Position numbers and translations under genes: made by a program | Source of the DNA: Candidatus Hydrogenedentota bacterium | Lineage (GTDB): Bacteria > Hydrogenedentota > Hydrogenedentia > Hydrogenedentales > CAITNO01 | Assembly: GCA_007118765.1 (NCBI GenBank) | Contig: SKQZ01000082.1 | Location: 1 to 46,078 of the forward strand | Length of the DNA: 46,078 nt | Direction of reading: 5' to 3' | Notes under the pieces: generated by a model | The model's input: only the letters and a program-made list of their open reading frames with translations | Told to the model about the DNA's origin: nothing | The model's database searches: none | Shown here: in pieces, positions 44,648-46,078 of the stretch | How positions within the stretch are numbered: position 1 is the stretch's first letter | Layout: each line of letters starts with the position of its first letter

Positions 44648-44842
44648 TCGTTTATCCAGGTGTTCGCGATGACCGTAACGGCATTGGTGCTGTGTTCTGC
44701 ATACGGCGGACTGTACCGCACCTGTTGGGTGTATGCAAGGTGCGCCAAAAACGCCGGCTGTTGCCACAGCAATGATTCAGCGTGCCCCGACGTTATATGA
44801 CAAAGAACAAGACATTTGCAAGCGCCCTCGTTGTACGGCGGG

Positions 44843-45370
44843 CTAATTCCTGTCAAGCCAGGCGAGTGCCCGCTGCACAATAACCGCTGTTTTGCCGTCG
44901 GTAAACTCGTGGGCATCGAGCTTGTGTCGCGCATCGTCCACGGTCATGTATACCGGCTCAATGCGTTCTTCCGGCTCAAGGCACGCGCCGATTTGTGTCA
45001 CGTCCAAAGCCAGGAACAAATGGATGACTTCGTTACAGAAACCAACTGAGGAATACACCGTGCCCAACGAGATAATCGTGTCTGCCTTAAAGCCGGTTTC
45101 TTCGTGCAATTCCTTAACAGCGCATTCCCGGGGCGTTTCATCCGGTTCCAGCTTGCCCGCGGGCGCCTCGATAAGATTGGTGTTCAAGGCAATTCGGTAT
45201 TGACGCACAAACACAAACTGGTCGCCCGTGTAGGGCAGGATACAAACCCCGCCCGGATGCTCGACAACTTCGCGGTAAGCCGTATCGCCATTATCCAACA
45301 TCACGGAACCCACCCGCAGCCGCACGACTTTGCCGTCAAAAACGATATTACTGTCCTGCCATGTTTCCAT
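44843..45370 (-). CDS. NUDIX hydrolase (ADP-ribose pyrophosphatase-like)
   Basis: Nudix box GKLEPDETPRECAVKELHEETG. Confidence 0.85.
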   Translation of the reverse strand: METWQDSNIVFDGKVVRLRVGSVMLDNGDTAYREVVEHPGGVCILPYTGDQFVFVRQYRIALNTNLIEAPAGKLEPDETPRECAVKELHEETGFKADTIISLGTVYSSVGFCNEVIHLFLALDVTQIGACLEPEERIEPVYMTVDDARHKLDAHEFTDGKTAVIVQRALAWLDRN

Positions 45371-45488
45371 ATCTTCACCTTATTGGTCGTCTGCCATGAT
45401 CATGTACGCGAAATCGCCGGGGAAGCCGCTTTCCATAATGTGTTGCGCTAATGAGGCCTTGCCCCCGGATCACGCGCGCGGTTGTTCT

Positions 45489-46078
45489 TCACGCCCGGTT
45501 GTTGTGTGTCCATTCCAGCACACAGGTCCCATAGGGCGCGATGGTCACCGGTATATGCACGTTGTTGTTGTCCCGTTGGAACGACAGTGGTTTATCGGAA
45601 ATAAGTTCGCGGCATACCGTGTACTGGTCGGGTATATCCCGCACCGTCAATGTGCCTTCCCACGGGGTTTCGTCATGATTCGCCGCCACAACATATACGG
45701 CGCGGTCTGACCGGGCGCTTGCCCATGAAGCGGGCGGCCCCGTCACCAACACCGGTTGTATCGGTTGAATAACATGATCAAACAAGTGCAGTGCCAGTCC
45801 GCACAACGGCGTGTGCCCGCCTTCAAACCACGGTATCAGGCAGGTGTATACGGCGCCGTTTCCAAGACGATGCTTCAACACAAGTGGTGCGCCGCCCCGC
45901 GTTGTGGCAAGCGCTTCCACGTCGGGTGTGTCCAAGGCCTCCGCGGACAGGGGGCAAAACCGGAACGCTTCGTGCGTTGTCGGTGCAGTGCCCCAGCGCC
46001 AGTCGCGTCCCACGCGCAATTCGGGTTGGATGGCCACGCCCACAAGTTCCTGCTCCCGCGGTGTTGCAACGCCCGCCG
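45489..46078 (-). CDS. C-terminal part of an unidentified protein (5' end lies outside the window)
   Basis: The minus-strand frame stays open from 46043 to the window edge. No family recognised. Confidence 0.5.
   Translation of the reverse strand, partial: AGVATPREQELVGVAIQPELRVGRDWRWGTAPTTHEAFRFCPLSAEALDTPDVEALATTRGGAPLVLKHRLGNGAVYTCLIPWFEGGHTPLCGLALHLFDHVIQPIQPVLVTGPPASWASARSDRAVYVVAANHDETPWEGTLTVRDIPDQYTVCRELISDKPLSFQRDNNNVHIPVTIAPYGTCVLEWTHNNRA

Noticed and set aside
44746-44770. Terminator/attenuator-like hairpin in the leader (about 140 nt) of ispH, downstream of a TTGCAA-17-ATATAA promoter candidate at 44793-44821
   Set aside because: The stem is only 5 bp (GCUGU/ACAGC), and the U-run is separated from it by 5 nt. 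This is too weak to call.

Overview
This is a GC-rich bacterial chromosomal window with about 45 protein genes. I found no rRNA, tRNA, CRISPR array, intact mobile element or recognisable defence system. The gene content looks like a PVC-type or similar glycan-degrading bacterium, though that lineage call is inference only. It includes two Tat-signal sulfatases, a GH38 alpha-mannosidase, a beta-propeller glycosidase-like protein, DUF1080 and ConA-like secreted proteins, a Gfo/Idh/MocA oxidoreductase and a xylose-isomerase-like TIM barrel. Housekeeping genes are interspersed: aminotransferase, CCA-adding enzyme, proB, prmC, hisG-like, pdxH, ispH and NUDIX.

The clearest accessory block is a minus-strand Cu/Ag-type RND efflux locus (about 16.6 kb down to 7.85 kb). 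Its accessory parts are unusual:
- a small Cys/His-rich secreted ORF;
- a secreted protein with three YHS/TRASH-like repeats;
- a membrane fusion protein with two Cys4 metal-binding motifs, a near-perfect 54-bp in-frame tandem repeat encoding His/Cys-rich peptides, and a DUF3347-like tail;
- a 1266-aa CusA-like pump with extra hydrophobic segments.

Other points worth a second look:
- a roughly 95-bp intergenic element present twice (6386-6483 and 26868-26960), each starting at or just after a plus-strand stop codon;
- a MEMO1-family enzyme with an N-terminal extension of about 108 aa that resembles a PqqD/RRE peptide-binding domain;
- an Sm-like 118-aa ORF;
- a recombinase-domain-only relic of a large serine recombinase behind a TTGACA-17-TACAAT promoter;
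- a bacterial XPB helicase at the end of an ABC-transporter/TPR gene string;
- an unannotated 43-codon ORF with its own extended -10 promoter.

All family assignments rest on motifs I recognised by eye and recalled from memory. No searches were run. Several ORF-track starts were trimmed to internal starts with better ribosome-binding sites.
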